A stretch of DNA of 60,916 nucleotides, filler included, from Dirinaria sp. TL-2023a (GCA_051941275.1; 6 parts of 6 records of this genome joined end to end with filler, not necessarily neighbours in it); one strand, 5' to 3'; positions 39,074 through 52,583 are shown, numbered from the whole stretch's first letter. Notes: generated from the letters alone by a model not told the origin. Numbers and translations: made by a program.

Positions 39074-40291
39074 TCATTCTGTTCTTAAAAATTCTCGCCA
39101 ACCACGCCACGCCGATATTCTCTCTCCACTTCCGAAACATGCATGATCAGGTACACCGGTCTCGCGCTCGCGCTTCGTGTACCCATCGAACCACAGGCGG
39201 TCATCCGATCTATAATGGTCACTCCTCCACCTCCTCCACCACCTCTCGACCGACCTCATTCTCTTCTTCTCCGTCTTACACAGCTTTGGCCTCGGGTTCT
39301 CCCATGAATCATCATACCTATCCATCTCGTCCGTAAAGCGGTCAAAGACCTCGGTTCTGATGCCCGCGAGGTCAAACCACGGCCCTTCAGCATCATCCCC
39401 CCACATAGTACCGTCTCTATCGCCACCCAACTCATAGTCCGCCCAGTGGAAAAAATGGCCGTACTTCTGCTCTGGATTCTGGAGCTCCATCCAGGTGGTT
39501 TGTATTCAGGGGAGCACCGAGTCCCTGTGCATCCAGATCAGGTCCGGGTCTTGCTCATCCAGGATATAGACTTTGGCGCCAGAGCTTCTAATATATCTGG
39601 CCCCGTCGAGATAGTCGTCGGAACTGACACCGAGGCCGAGCCGCCCCTGCGTCTTGTGCAGGAGCGTCGCCAAGTGCATCACGCCGATCAGGTGAAGATG
39701 GAGATACTTCAGGCCGGTCACGACGATGCGTTTCAGTTGGCCGGTCGCATGGCTCGGGCGGTAACAGTACCGACGACGAAACCGGATCGCGTCTTCCAGC
39801 GCCCGCACGAACGCGGCCTGGGAATCCCTTTTGTACCAGCCAAGCTCAGGGGCAATGTGGTCAAGCTGCAACGATTCCAGTGCGGGAAGGCATTCGGCGA
39901 TGTCGATCGCGTCTCTGCCTGTCGCTGATAACAGCGCGTCTTGAGCCTTGGGTCCCCAGACCCGGAAGGAAATGTGTCGCAGAGCAGTGTACGGTGGGAT
40001 CGGGCGCAGGTACTGTGAGATGGAGCCCCTCGTGGGCCTCAAGGCATCGTCAGAAAACACGAAGGTGTTGTGCTTCCACAGCATCTTCCAGCCTTCCGCG
40101 TGGTAGACGCGGCAAGTGGCGAGGATGGACAAGCTGAGCTCATCCTGGCCTCGAGGGTCGTTCTCAGGGTGCTGAAATTCGGCTGTAACTTCGGATTTTT
40201 GGCCTAAGTTGAGCAGGGGTGCTGTGGCTACCACGCAGTACTGCAGGATCTCGAGTTGGAGCTCGAAAGGGAGGGTGGTTAAGGATGCCAT
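39074..40291 (-). pseudogene. F-box-like protein gene interrupted by one in-frame TGA (39506-39508)
   Basis: N-terminal LTTLPFELQLEILQYCV and LSILATCRVYHAEGWKMLWKHNTFVF. ORFs 40291-39506 and 39490-39074 share a frame: ...SVLP*IQTTWMELQ... Confidence 0.65.
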
Positions 40292-40597
40292 TCTTAATTT
40301 TTTTAATAAGAGGCGGAGTTAGGAAAATGGGGGTGTTCCAGAGGGTAAGTGGGAAATGAGACAAAGATATATTATCTGGAGAGAAGACGCTGATTTAAAT
40401 AGTATATATATCTCCCGCCTTGGTGTTACTGCCGAAGTCGGTGTGTCAAAATAAGAATCTTTCCTCTGTGAAGAATGAGTGTTGCTGAAGGTCGTGTATT
40501 AGAAAATCTTCGTCAGTGGAAATTGGGTGTTGCAAATTCACATACCTTCTTCCCGAAAATCCCTTAAATAATAAAACCCCATCCATCATACCGGGGG

Positions 40598-40697
40598 NNN
40601 NNNNNNNNNNNNNNNNNNNNNNNNNNNNNNNNNNNNNNNNNTTAATTAATTAANNNNNNNNNNNNNNNNNNNNNNNNNNNNNNNNNNNNNNNNNNNN
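40598..40697. other. Artificial contig linker
   Basis: N44-TTAATTAATTAA-N44. Confidence 0.99.
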
Positions 40698-41930
40698 TAC
40701 TACTCTGAAAGTAGTTGCTATTATCGGTTTTCTTCAAGGACTGGGCTCGATAGATCGAGTCTGTTCCGCTGTTGTGAGCTGCTTTTCTGAGTCTTACTGT
40801 TAGAAGACGCACTCTACCTTCGCCAATCTCTTCAACTCCCAGATCTGCAGCGCGCCCTCATGCTAGCAGTTTGAGGTTCCTGGATACAAAATCTCCGGAG
40901 AGCATACGAACTTATGATGACGAAAAGAAATTCGAATTCGATGTCCATAGCCACCAGAAAAAAAAGTCATGAAGTATCTCTTGACCTCTAATATATTTGC
41001 CAACTCGCCGACCTCGCAGCCAAGGAGGTTAGTAGAGCATTCAAAAAAAATGATGAGAAACAATTTCAGATGATCTATCTAGGAATAACATCCTGTCATC
41101 TTACGAGCCACATTTGGCGTAAACGGGAAACGACAACAAGGCAAAGCAGTAAAGACATGATCAATAGGAAAATCAACAGCAGAAATGAGCCAGTGATCAA
41201 CGCAGTGAATAGAAACATGAACAATATCAATAATGTCGACGGTCTTTCAGTCGAACATACGACAGCTCGACGGCTAAGTTCCAAGGAGTCAATTCAGTCA
41301 GGATGTCTTCTCAACAATCTCCTTGTTCTCTGCGTCGCTGTCGAAATGAGGTACCTCCGGGGTCAGATCGTGATGGTGAGATAGTATACCGAGTGCATAG
41401 GTGCCTACTCGAATGGAGGACTTTATATGCTTCTTTGTAGACTCTGCTGCAACTATCCGACCTTGATAATACCATTGCAAATATTAGTCATCTTGTATTG
41501 GCTTTATAATGCGTGACATATATCAAGGTGTTGTGGTGACCTCGTTCGTGTCTAGGAGCCTTTCGCATTCCCTGACGAAGTCCTTTACTATGAGTTGCTT
41601 TCTTTTCCAATCTACCGCCCTCAGCATTATTTTCGAAGCCCTTTTACGTTAAGATGCTTTTCTCACGGCTTATCCTGGGTGTCTATGTTCCGAGCCTTCC
41701 TTGAGAATCCCGTTGCGCTCACCATTCGATGGAGTTTGGCAGTCTTGTTGCTGCTTTTTGTCCTCTTCACGACCTTTCTTTAAATGCTCAGAGTCATGTC
41801 TTTGAGCCTCTGCAGTAACCTAGGAGGTGGTATACGGGACATTGAGTCCTTGATGCTCTTGATATTCGTTGTGGTGGCACTCAGAGGGAGAACCTTCGCG
41901 ACGGACCGTAGGTGCCCCGTTGCCGGCCAT
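40698..41930 (-). pseudogene. Degraded multi-pass membrane protein relic with many nonsense codons
   Basis: One minus frame reads TLLILFMFLFTALITGSFLLLIFLLIMSLLLCLVVV..*..CFSSFFLNALLTSLAA..WQIY*..S*LFFLVAMDIEFEFLFVIISSYAL. The upstream part looks coding but has scattered TAA/TAG/TGA. Boundaries approximate. Confidence 0.4.
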
Positions 41931-43349
41931 CGAAACATTCTGATGATCGGAAAGTAGAAAAAGCAGAGTGTGAATGAAGTAGTAAGTAAGAGTAAAGATT
42001 AAAATTCATTGTGGAATAAAATTCATATCGTTCAATAAGTCTACTGAGAAATTGTACTCTAGTTAGTAGTGCTCAGGCTCCGTTAAAAAACGACTCGCGC
42101 TGCTCTTATGTATTCGCTTTTCTCTCTGCTAGTCCTTGACTCCTTCGTCCTATATCCGTCTCTTAGTTTCTCGTATCAAGGATCTTGATAAAGACAATCA
42201 TTAAAATCAGCGACACTCAACTGACTAATATGTAATAGAATTAGCGGAGCAATGAATATCTCGTAAGCCACTTCGTAAAAAAGAAAAACGCTGATCGATT
42301 AGTGTTTCTGTCCACTATCAATTGGTAAAATCCATACCTACATAAGATCATAGATACCATTTATTGATGCATTAAGGCAAATCACCGCCCTGAGTACCAA
42401 CTTAAGTCTCGTATATAGCTCCTTTCCCTCTCTACCTAGACAAAGAACAATTGAGAAAGTCAAACAATTGCGACAACCTCTACCTTAGGTTCTCTTTGGA
42501 GGTTAGGGTTGTTAGTGTATGTGAGCCCTAAAAGATTAGAAACAGCGAGTACGAGTGCCTCAAATGACGTAGTTACCTAGTACCTTGGGATCAAGACAAC
42601 ATTCGCTCAATACCTTAATCATGACTCAAAATCCCTCTGATTTGGCTGCCGAGTACAGAGATCTGAAATCGACGACTTAATAAATTATACTTACTCCTAT
42701 CTAAAAGGCAAGGGAAAGAAGAAACAAAGGGTCTCACAGCATCATCCCACGAGGTATCATTCGCTAAGACGAACCTCTCGATGCAAGTTTGGTTATTTCA
42801 AGACCATCTATCTCATTTGCAACGTTCACTTTTACTGTAATAAGGTCCAACATAATCTTATCATTCCATGGTTATTCGCTTTTTTCTTTCTTTCTCCATC
42901 TATTCACTACTCTACTACTCACATCGTTCTGGCAACTAAGGTCACGTACATCATTGAGATGTATGTATGTATGTGACCCAGATTTGAGGGGGATAACATA
43001 TCCTTGTAGGATCGGATATGATATCCTGGGAACAATTGCGACCCGGGTCGCTTCCAGTGCCATAGCCCCACGGGACTATACTAAAGGTGCAAAAACCAGT
43101 GCCACTTAGAGCTCGTCGCTACTTCACAACTCGCGACGAGAGACCTGATGCCACCACCAACCCACGAGTCTCCCACAGAGCTGTGAATCGCTTGTCTGCG
43201 TGTGCCCTGGTTTAGAAGATGGGGATTTAAATCCGGTTCCAATGGCAAATGTTCTCTTTCTCTCTCTCACTCTCTCTGTGGTCAATTTCAATCGTTTCCT
43301 GCTCTCGGATTTTTTTTTTCCCTTAAAAAAGTGTGCTTCTAGCAGAATA

Positions 43350-44105
43350 ATGCTATTAGACGCGCTGAAGAAGTATGGATGCTGGATGTATACACTACTG
43401 CCCCTCCTCTTGCTACTGCAGTTGCCACTTCAATGTCTTACAGCGACAATCATTCGCGTCCCGATCTGCGACCCGGATAACAGGCAGATGTTCTCTCAAG
43501 GCAAATCCAATTGTACAGCATGGGTACCGGGCCATCCGCCTGGCAACCCGTCCTCGTTAGTTGCTCCAAGGTTCGTGACACCCATCTCTTCTCAGCACTC
43601 TCACCCTTTACGCTTCCAAAGACCCTCCTCCCCTCAATCTCTAATCTATGCCCAAAAAAACAGCGCCAATCTCCCCGCGATGCCCCCGGAACCGTTCCCC
43701 TACCACATGTCGGGCAGCACCATCGGCCTCGTCTTCTTGAAGTATCGCTATGCGTTCATCTTGCCCAACAGAAACGTAGAAGCCGTGATCGCGGGAGCAG
43801 CATCCAGAGTTGATGAAGAGCTTGCCGGACACCCAGGACGTGCGGAAGAAGTCCTGACAGCCCCTTTCGAATACCTGAATGACGAATATCACCTCTGGTT
43901 ATACATCCAGGATCATCCCCCTTCGCAGATGACGTGGGGAGATCTGGAAGACGCGATGCCCATTCTGGCCGCCTGGGCCCAGGAGTTCAAGACTCCTGAG
44001 TGCGATTTTGAGATTTGGCGGTGGCCGATGACGGCGCGGCAGGTCAGGTTGGGGTCAGGACTTTTTGTATTGGATGCGGGTTCTTCACCTGCAAATTCGC
44101 AGTAA
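43350..44105 (+). CDS. Small secreted protein of unknown function
   Basis: Signal-like LLPLLLLLQLPLQCLTA; probable in-frame 93-nt intron 43571-43663; C-terminal domain PPEPFPY...MTWGDL...CDFEI...LGSG. Confidence 0.7.
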   Translation: MLLDALKKYGCWMYTLLPLLLLLQLPLQCLTATIIRVPICDPDNRQMFSQGKSNCTAWVPGHPPGNPSSLVAPRFVTPISSQHSHPLRFQRPSSPQSLIYAQKNSANLPAMPPEPFPYHMSGSTIGLVFLKYRYAFILPNRNVEAVIAGAASRVDEELAGHPGRAEEVLTAPFEYLNDEYHLWLYIQDHPPSQMTWGDLEDAMPILAAWAQEFKTPECDFEIWRWPMTARQVRLGSGLFVLDAGSSPANSQ

Positions 44106-46365
44106 AAGCCTGTTGTATGAGAGGAAAGAGTGATATTCTTGACGTTTTGAAGATCTATGTGTTAACAAACAGCACTTGACATTGAATTTCCAAAAGCTTC
44201 AACTATGCAATGGATTTGATTCCGTGTCATCAAATCGCAAAAGCACTTCCTAGAGCGCTTTTTCAAGAATGACAAATAAACAAAATTCTGGAAACAGCTG
44301 TTAGATCTCTGGGCCAACATGACAAAGCTTCTGTTTCACTTTCGTTTGATGTACTCACAGTATACGGCAGAATCACCTGAGATCGATTCTTTCTTGATCC
44401 CAGCATAATATGTGTTCTCATACCTGGGCAAGCTCCTTCTCAATTTCGTAATCGACACACTTATTCGCAGTCATCGTAAAGCCATTCGATTTGCAGAACC
44501 CGGCACAATCGCATGTTTGATGATCAGCTGGCATTTCTATCTAGCTCTCGGTCCGGCTTCACATCGCTATGGACACGGTCGTGAGCAACAAAGATGAAAG
44601 CCAGCTTCTGACGCCGTGAATCTAAGGAAGGTTCGCAGTCCAGCGGCCAGTGGGTTCGATCATTTCTTTCGGCGTGACAAAATTGGTAGCTTTGAAGTCG
44701 TCGTCGTTATCGGCGGCAAATGTATTATCTAGGGAGGTGCCGCCGGTGAAGCTCCTGTCTATCCGTTTCACATTGGCTGTCATCCGGTCTGCTGTGCTGG
44801 TCCATCAAAGCTTGCTGCACGACGGACTTGAAAGAGAGTCTACGAAAGAATACCCTTGATCTCCTATTCATTCTTCTGTATCACTCGGGCATCTTAACTC
44901 TATGAGCAAGTAGATAGATGTTCAACGCCAACACAAAAATCAGATCGATGATAAACCACATCGATGAGGGGAAGAGTTGATGCTGGTCGTGAAGCCGTGA
45001 AGCCATGAAGCCATGAATGGCAGGAGACGTTTCATGCGTTGCAAACCATTTATTAGCTTCATCATAGCACCTTTCGAGTTCAGGAGATTACCACATATAA
45101 CGCTCACAGAACCAGATAATAATTATTTGGTCGACGACTTTGGAGATCATCATTGGGATCAGGGTCCCATAATCGTAAAGTAAAGACATGAGCTATTAGC
45201 GGGTTGATCGTTATTGCGTGATTCATGATGTTCTCGAGAAGGCCCCTTGATCGCAAGCTCGGTGTCTTTGACTGACATCTGCGAGCAAATTTGCTTCGAT
45301 TTAACAACGCACCGCTTTTGTTTTCTCCAAATGAAATGGAAACTGAAGCGCTTTTAGTTTCAAGGTGCGGCCACAGCTCTACCGAATCCAAGTGCAGGAC
45401 TCATGCTTCTAATAGAAATAGTCTGTGATATGTGCTTCCAAAACGCGTGGTCGGTAGCGAGGAGGCTGTGCCAAAGCCAATTTTGAGTTGTGACGTGCTT
45501 CACATATAATTCCGGTAGAAGCTCAACATCGAAATATTGAAAAGCTAGTCCCTATATGACGTCTCGGTTGCATTGCTTTAGCAAATCTGAATCCTTCCGG
45601 GATAATTACGCTTCTCAATGGAGGAGCTGTTTCACTCATATAGGATCCACGTCAGGGTCCAACCCGCCCTTTGAATCTTCATAAAGGACACTTTATGTAC
45701 TTCATGTTGACATCTTAGTCCATAAGTCTCCTGGATCTTATGTAGAGGCATGGCTCATTGAGCTCCCTGCCAACGATGACGCATTTCTAACTTACATCTG
45801 TTGTCGGCCCCTTGAACCCTCGAGAAGCGTCCCTCGTAGGCTCCTAGTCTGCTTGAAAGCTTCGAAATCGTGACTCTTGTCGTTCTGCTATGTTTGAACA
45901 TGGTACGAAGTAGAAAGCATTAGGCGCAGAGAGCCAAGAATCGTGCAAAGGATCATGCGTCATGAGATCATCCCTCGCGGGGGCAAGATACTTCTAAGAA
46001 AAGCTAGCAGGACAAGGAGGCTTGCGAGTTCGTATCATATGTAATAAGATATTTGAGGGTGCGCTGAGAGCGGGTTATCATCGCGGAATTGATCTGCAAC
46101 GTCATCACCACTCTTAATTTGCATAGGATGTGGGATTGAAGCAATAGAGAGGGATCAGATATTTTGAGAAGTGGTGGAAGAGAAGGGATTCAGCCGCTTG
46201 CTGCTCCCTTGGCGTCTGTTGCGGTTGATCAACAGGCGTACATATATAGCAAAGGTTCGCCATCCTCAACGCGTCTGTCAGCATAACGATTCCAGATTGC
46301 GACCCTCCAGTGCATTTAAATCTAGAGTGATTAGGATCGGAAAAATTTCGGATTCAACCGCTAGG

Positions 46366-47086
46366 ATGCCACTGGTACTTGCTCACGCTTCAGAATCCGA
46401 TATCGATCGCCTGATGGAGGTCCAATTCGCAGCAATGGCCCAAGAACCATACCACCACGTGATCTACCCTGGCCCAAACACGCCCACGAAACGAGCCGAG
46501 TCGGGCGCCCGAATATTGGCAGATTGGAAGAGCGATCCCACAGAGCAAGTCCTGAAGGTCGTCGATACATCCAATGACGAACTTATCAGTTATGGGAAAT
46601 GGAACGTGTACACGCGAGAGAGGCCCCAGTCAGAGTGGGATCAGCACATAGAAGTTGACTGGACCACGGATCCTGCTCTTCGGGAAGGGGCTGAGACATA
46701 CATACGAGAGATCCACGGCATGAGACACAAATATGCCACAGGACAGCCCCACCTATGTCAGTCAGTTGAGCGTACAACGAATCAGGAGCTAACCTCAAGT
46801 CGTGCATGCAGTGCTGAACTTCATGGTCACCCACCCTGCCTATCAACGCCGAGGGGCCGCAACAATGATCGCCAAATGGGGCTGCGACAAGGCAGACGAG
46901 CTCGGCTTACCGGCCTATCTCGAAGCAACGGCAGCCGGCCACCCAATCTATCTCAAAGTAGGCTTCCAAAAAATCGACGAGGTGGTCATTGACTGTGATC
47001 GGTGGACCGGGGGATTGGGACCTGGAGGAACAGGCAAGCATCGGTACACAATGCTTTTCCGACCCGCGCGACAAGGGCATGCATAA
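46366..47086 (+). CDS. GNAT family N-acetyltransferase
   Basis: LKVVD..ISYGKW; motif A LNFMVTHPAYQRRGAATM; motif B AYLEATAAGHPIYLKVGF; intron 46757-46811. Confidence 0.9.
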
Positions 47087-48242
47087 TTTACAGTATTCTT
47101 CTACCGATCAATGATAGCTGAGGGGGTATGCATCTAGGCGCTACCCTCACGAATGCTTTTCACCAAGCTGCGAAAGCGGTCACATCTCAAGATGAAAGCA
47201 TGGCTCAAAGTGCGACCAATGCTAGATACCTCCTTGATTGTATCTCGACTCTCATCAGATAGCCTGGTAGCTAATGACAACACGTCGGTGAACTACTGCT
47301 GAAGCTTCTAAAATGGCGGTTAAAAGCGTTTCATCTCAAGCGCCAAGAGACGCCAATTGCCTTGATTGCGCTAGTGGGCGTATCTTATCTTAGTCTATCA
47401 AAAAAAGTAGGATGATATGAACAGTCAAAAATCTCTTGAAATCAGTCTCCATTAAGCTATTCGAGATGCTTCAAACTTGATAAACTTTTTCCTCTCCTCG
47501 CCACTCGTCCTGAGTCATCTACGCGTCCCACTCAAAGCTCCAGGGTTAAGGTTACAACGCAGTCTTTTTCTTTTTCTTCTTTTTTCCTCCAAAAAATGAT
47601 CGCATGAGCCCTTTTAAAACCGGCGTTTCATTTGGTGGATTAATTACTCCACCTTTGCGTCGTGCATATGCTTTTTGGCTTGGAATTAGACACCTTCATA
47701 GAGCAGAGTATTGGGAAATTACTTTGATCCCGAAGCATCAATGAGATGAGCCATCCTCTTTTTACACAACGTCCGTTGTAATAAGAAGACAACATCCCTA
47801 AGCCTCGTTCTCATAGGATCAGCGAGGAACAAACGTATGAAAGCCCATTCAGCGGATTCCTTAATGAGAGCAATCCAGACCAAACAGATTCGCTCCCTTC
47901 TGTAAATGATATATCTAGTCAGAGTGGTGCGTAAGTGCGTATCCGATTCGCTGATAGGGTGCTGATTCCAAGTACACCAGCAATTCATGAAAAAATCGAA
48001 ATAACCTAATAACAATAGTATGTTTAGTCATTGAAGCGCTATTAAGAAAAAGACAAATCTTGCCCGTCGTATCAATACAACAGTGAATGGACCTGGAAAT
48101 AATTCACGAGCAAGAATCAAAAATGGATTGATGCATTGCTGTAACGAGCATCCATTCCTGCTGAGGCATGGGAAAGTGTGTCGGAAGCGATGTCCTCAAA
48201 CAATTCTAAGTAGTACTTAGCTTCTAATACCAGAGATAAATA

Positions 48243-50110
48243 TCAAAGCTTTGCACGTCCCTGGCTTTCCAGCTTAGATATATCTCGTTTCGCCCAGTCT
48301 CTCATGATTTTTCTCAGGATTTTGCCGCTTGGTGACTTTGGCACTTGATCGACAAAACAGATCCCTCCAGAGAGCTGCTTATGTCTGGTAACACGATTTC
48401 TCATCCATGCTTGGATCTCGGCGGCGCTTGTCTTGTCTTTCGAATGCTCCTTTAGGGATACATAAGCCCTGGGGCATTCTTCGCCATGCCTAGAGATGTC
48501 AGTACGCTCCTGAGTGAAGAGATAAATTACAGACAGTACAACACCAACGACAGCTGCGTCTGCAATGTCGTCGTTCTCCAAAAGTACGGCTTCTAATTCC
48601 GCTGGAGCTACCTGAAAGCCCCTGACTTTGATGAGCTCCTGGTCCTTGTAAGCATCATCACATCAAGCGACGTAGTCTGCGTGTCACCTTCTTTCGGTCG
48701 ACGATCCAAAACAGATTGTCTTTTCTTATGGCTACATCCCCAGTCCTGAACCAGCCGTCTGGACTTATGGCATCCTTGGTCGCTTCTTCGTTCCGCCAAT
48801 AACCCAAACAAACGTTTGGGCCACTAATGAACAATTCTCCAGGGGCGCCAGCGCTCACTTCTTCGCCATTCTCATCGAGTAGCTTGCATTCACAGTTGGC
48901 TACTAGCATACCAACACTTCCTGGGCTAATGATAAGTCAGCCGCAGCCAGTGTATGAGAGCCTCAGTGGAACAGACTGATTCTCATATCCTTGGGGGCAT
49001 AACATTCCAGTACAGACGATCTCTGTCATACCCCAGCCTTGACCAATTGAGACATTCAGTCTCTCACAAACTCCGTTCTGAAGCTCACCAGAGAGAGGAG
49101 CAGCTCCACATGCAATGTGGGACAAGCTCCGCAGATCGAACTTGGCAGTCTCGGGACGTTTAGACAGCATAACCACGACCGGCGGAGCAGTCTGAAGATG
49201 GGTTATTCTGTGAGTCTGGATAATCCGTAAGAACTCCTCAAATACAAAAGTCTTTACGATATATATAGGTATCTCCCGTTTTACTACTAGCAGGCACGCG
49301 TAAAGCTGTCCGAACGCATGGTACAATGGGAGAACGCCAATCCATCTTTCAAGTGGTCGATCTTGCCTCCGGTCAGCTTCATATGCGTATCTTATGCTCG
49401 CAGTTTGCTCCACATTCGCAATGAGGTTGTAATGGCTGACGCAGACGCCCTTGGGCAGACCCGTCGTTCCCGAGGAATAATTGATTGTAGCCACGGTGTT
49501 GACAGCATCCCACTCATTCATAGTATTCCACCGATAGCGAGTCGCCTCGTCATCGCTACCGAGAATACTACGCCAGTCCGCTAAACCTTCAGTCTCGGGC
49601 TTCGATTCGTCCGAGAATAAAAAGACCCGTTCTTTGGGTAAGCCTGCTTTATGAGCTGCAGCTAAAGCTGTTGAAATGACGTCCGGATGAGCGAGCAGCA
49701 CAGAGGCCTTGGTGTCCTCAATCTGGTACGCCAATTCTAGTTCCCGAGGTCAGCTTATCAGAATCATTTGATCGGACACATATGTAGCGCGGACCTGAAA
49801 TTGTGAAATGAGGGTTTGCACCACTGAAGATACGCCCAGAACCAGCTATACCAAGGTATGCGACAGGAACGAAAATATGGTTTGGCGTGAATATCATGAT
49901 CGGCTGCCCACGCTCGACACCCAGCCTGTCCAAGCCAACGGCGAGCTTCTTGACCCATTCCAAGAGCTGCCGGGGTGTTAGGTATTGCTCAGGATTGTGA
50001 GCGTTGATCCAGATCGGCACGTCGGAGGGTTCTTTGTTCGGGGGGAAAATGTGATCCAGGACATTACATTTTGGTATATCGAGAGGAGGGAGTACTGATT
50101 TGAATGGCAT
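48243..50110 (-). CDS. Peroxisomal 4-coumarate-CoA-ligase-like acyl-CoA synthetase
   Basis: NYSSGTTGLPKG, GQGWGMTE, WFRTGD, IVDRKK|ELIKVRGFQVAPAELEA, PKSPSGKILR; C-terminal PTS1 -AKL; four introns. Confidence 0.93.
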
Positions 50111-50759
50111 TGTCGTAGATCAAATGCCACAGACGGTCAGTCAAAATGAAGCTTCCAGAGAAGCTCAGCATCATTAGATCCATGCTCGTTATCGTCGATT
50201 TCATAGATTGCATTAGAGGTGTGCTACCAACCACTTTGGTGGAGGGGGTTTCGCTTCTTAAGCCCAATGGCAACAACTCCAAGCGGGAGAGGTGAGGGCC
50301 CAGGCCCCAAAGGCCGCTAAACGGTCATTTAGTGGGAGAGCCTCGGCACCTAGGTACGCTCTCTACGGGTACCGCCCACGCCGCCCTTGCTACCTACATG
50401 TAAGGTAGGTATGGTATCGAAGCGCCAAGCCTCAACCAAGTAGGAGCCTCGGAGCCAAACCAACCACCTCACCTAGCAATTCATGGCCAAAGGGCATCAA
50501 TAATAAAATACCGATCGATCACCATGAACAGCCATCACCAATTCAACAGATCGCGCAAATATCACTCATCATAGCGAGAGCAACGAAAGAGCCAATAAGA
50601 ACCTAAATCAATAACCCAACAGGCCAGTCAAGGAATATCAGCATCCATTCTTGCCAGAGCACGGCATAGTAATGGCCACATATTTGCGAGGGAGATGTGG
50701 CGATTTCCGTTGAGATTTATCTCACCTCTAACCATGAGGGTAAGCGAGGAAACGTAGCT

Positions 50760-50859
50760 NNNNNNNNNNNNNNNNNNNNNNNNNNNNNNNNNNNNNNNNN
50801 NNNTTAATTAATTAANNNNNNNNNNNNNNNNNNNNNNNNNNNNNNNNNNNNNNNNNNNN
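50760..50859. other. Artificial contig linker
   Basis: N44-TTAATTAATTAA-N44. Confidence 0.99.
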
Positions 50860-52583
50860 CTAGCAGATTACAAGCAATGATCAGCAGGATTCCGGAAACT
50901 TGATGGTCGTGGGAATATTATGAATGAGGAATAAGGTAGATCAGCAGCGAATAATAAACGTGGTTCACTACCCATCCCCATCCCCACACCATCATCTGTC
51001 ATCTGGAAAAGTATCCAAGGACTACCTCAACCAGAACCCGTGCAGATCCCCAGTCACACGTTGTACAGTACGTGGACAGTACAGTACATTCCGGCGTGTG
51101 CTCCATTAAGGTACGCATTATTGCGTCCATCGTGCGCGAGCGCGTGGTTGAAGGGAGGCATCTAGACCGAACAAAGCCGTGTGGCGCCTGCATCCGGCAC
51201 GAACTTTATTACCGTCGCGATGTATCATTTTGATTTGCTGGAAAGACTGTTGCTTGCAGATGCTGCTAGGGAGCCACGAGGAAGTGCCACGAGGTGCGGT
51301 TCATTAAGTAGTAGTAAGTCAGTACTGGAAGTAGTGTTTGCCTGACGTATGTCGCTTCAAATCAGGACAGATTTAATCTATCTGACAACGCCTATTTTCC
51401 ACTGCCGCGAATCTAGATAGGAGAGGCTCTTCAGGTACAGATCTCGCCACAACGACCTACATTATTAAGGTTCCGGCGTCCTGGTCCGACTACTCACCCT
51501 TTTCCTCCGGAGGAATCGTCGACCGAGCAGCGCACCCCTCAACCAACACCTTACATCTTGCCAGTGGCGAGCACATCGTATCGTAGTACTAGGTGGTGCT
51601 ACCTTAGCTTGAAAGAGTTGGCCCAAGTGGAAGGCGGTTCCTGCCGTCACGGTATTGTATCAGTTGTTGTTGAGGACCTATGGTCCGACGGAACGTGTGA
51701 GCTCCCACAGGTCTCATTTTCGTCTCGTTGACTGTGAGCTAGCACATGCTCATCTCTATCGATAAAAGATGATGCGAGCACCACTGGCTCCTCAGCCTAC
51801 GGGCGCATATGAGAATTCAAACGTGGCTCTAATATCAATGATAATACTGTACTTCTGCTTCTCCGCGCGCAAGGGTGTTCACGTTCTTTTCCTCTTCCGC
51901 CATTTGACAATCTCGATCGGCACGGGACTGCAGCTGGCCTAAGCGGCAAGCAAAGGGAGATCGACGATTCGTTCGCATCCCATATCGACGGCTGTTCCGC
52001 AAGTCTGCCGGCCCGGATCGCCTTTCGAGAACGGCTTAGCGTGGATTGGATTCGACTAAGGTACCTAAGTACTGTACGCGTGCGGCCGAGGGGCTGTTCT
52101 TCTCCTTTTCTTCCATGTTCTTTCTTTCCATGAAAGAACCCGAGTTGAGAACAATCTGACTTGATGATACATCACCGTCATTCACTCCACGTTGCTCTGA
52201 TGCGCCCGCAATTGAATATCATGTCGTTTACACGCAACAAAAGTGCTCGATTGATCGCCACATTACCGCTCGCACTAATTTCCTGAATAGACAACTGCAT
52301 TCAATCCTTCCGCTCCTGAGGGTCAAGTCACCAGTCATCTTGTTCCTTATCTCACCATTCCCTCCGCTTCTTCATGCATCGTTCTTGTGTTGTGCTGAGC
52401 TGAGCTGATCCCTCCAAGGCCACCATAGGCCTTGCATCAAATGGAATCCCTTTTTCAGCCATTCACTCGCTATGGGCAGACACTGCACCATTCTCAAAGA
52501 ATCCTTGGTTCGAGTTACGAAAGTCTCGGTTTCTCTGGCATTCCACTGTCTCCATGGTTGGTTGGAAGAAGCATTAATCCCAC

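Noticed and set aside
42501..42517. GGTTAGGGTTGTTAG telomere-like sequence
   Set aside because: A single repeat unit with no array and no supporting structure; expected by chance.
10089..50859. Five identical TTAATTAATTAA units at ~10.17-kb spacing
   Set aside because: Artificial N-padded linkers between length-sorted contigs. Not a biological repeat, and gene adjacency across them is meaningless.
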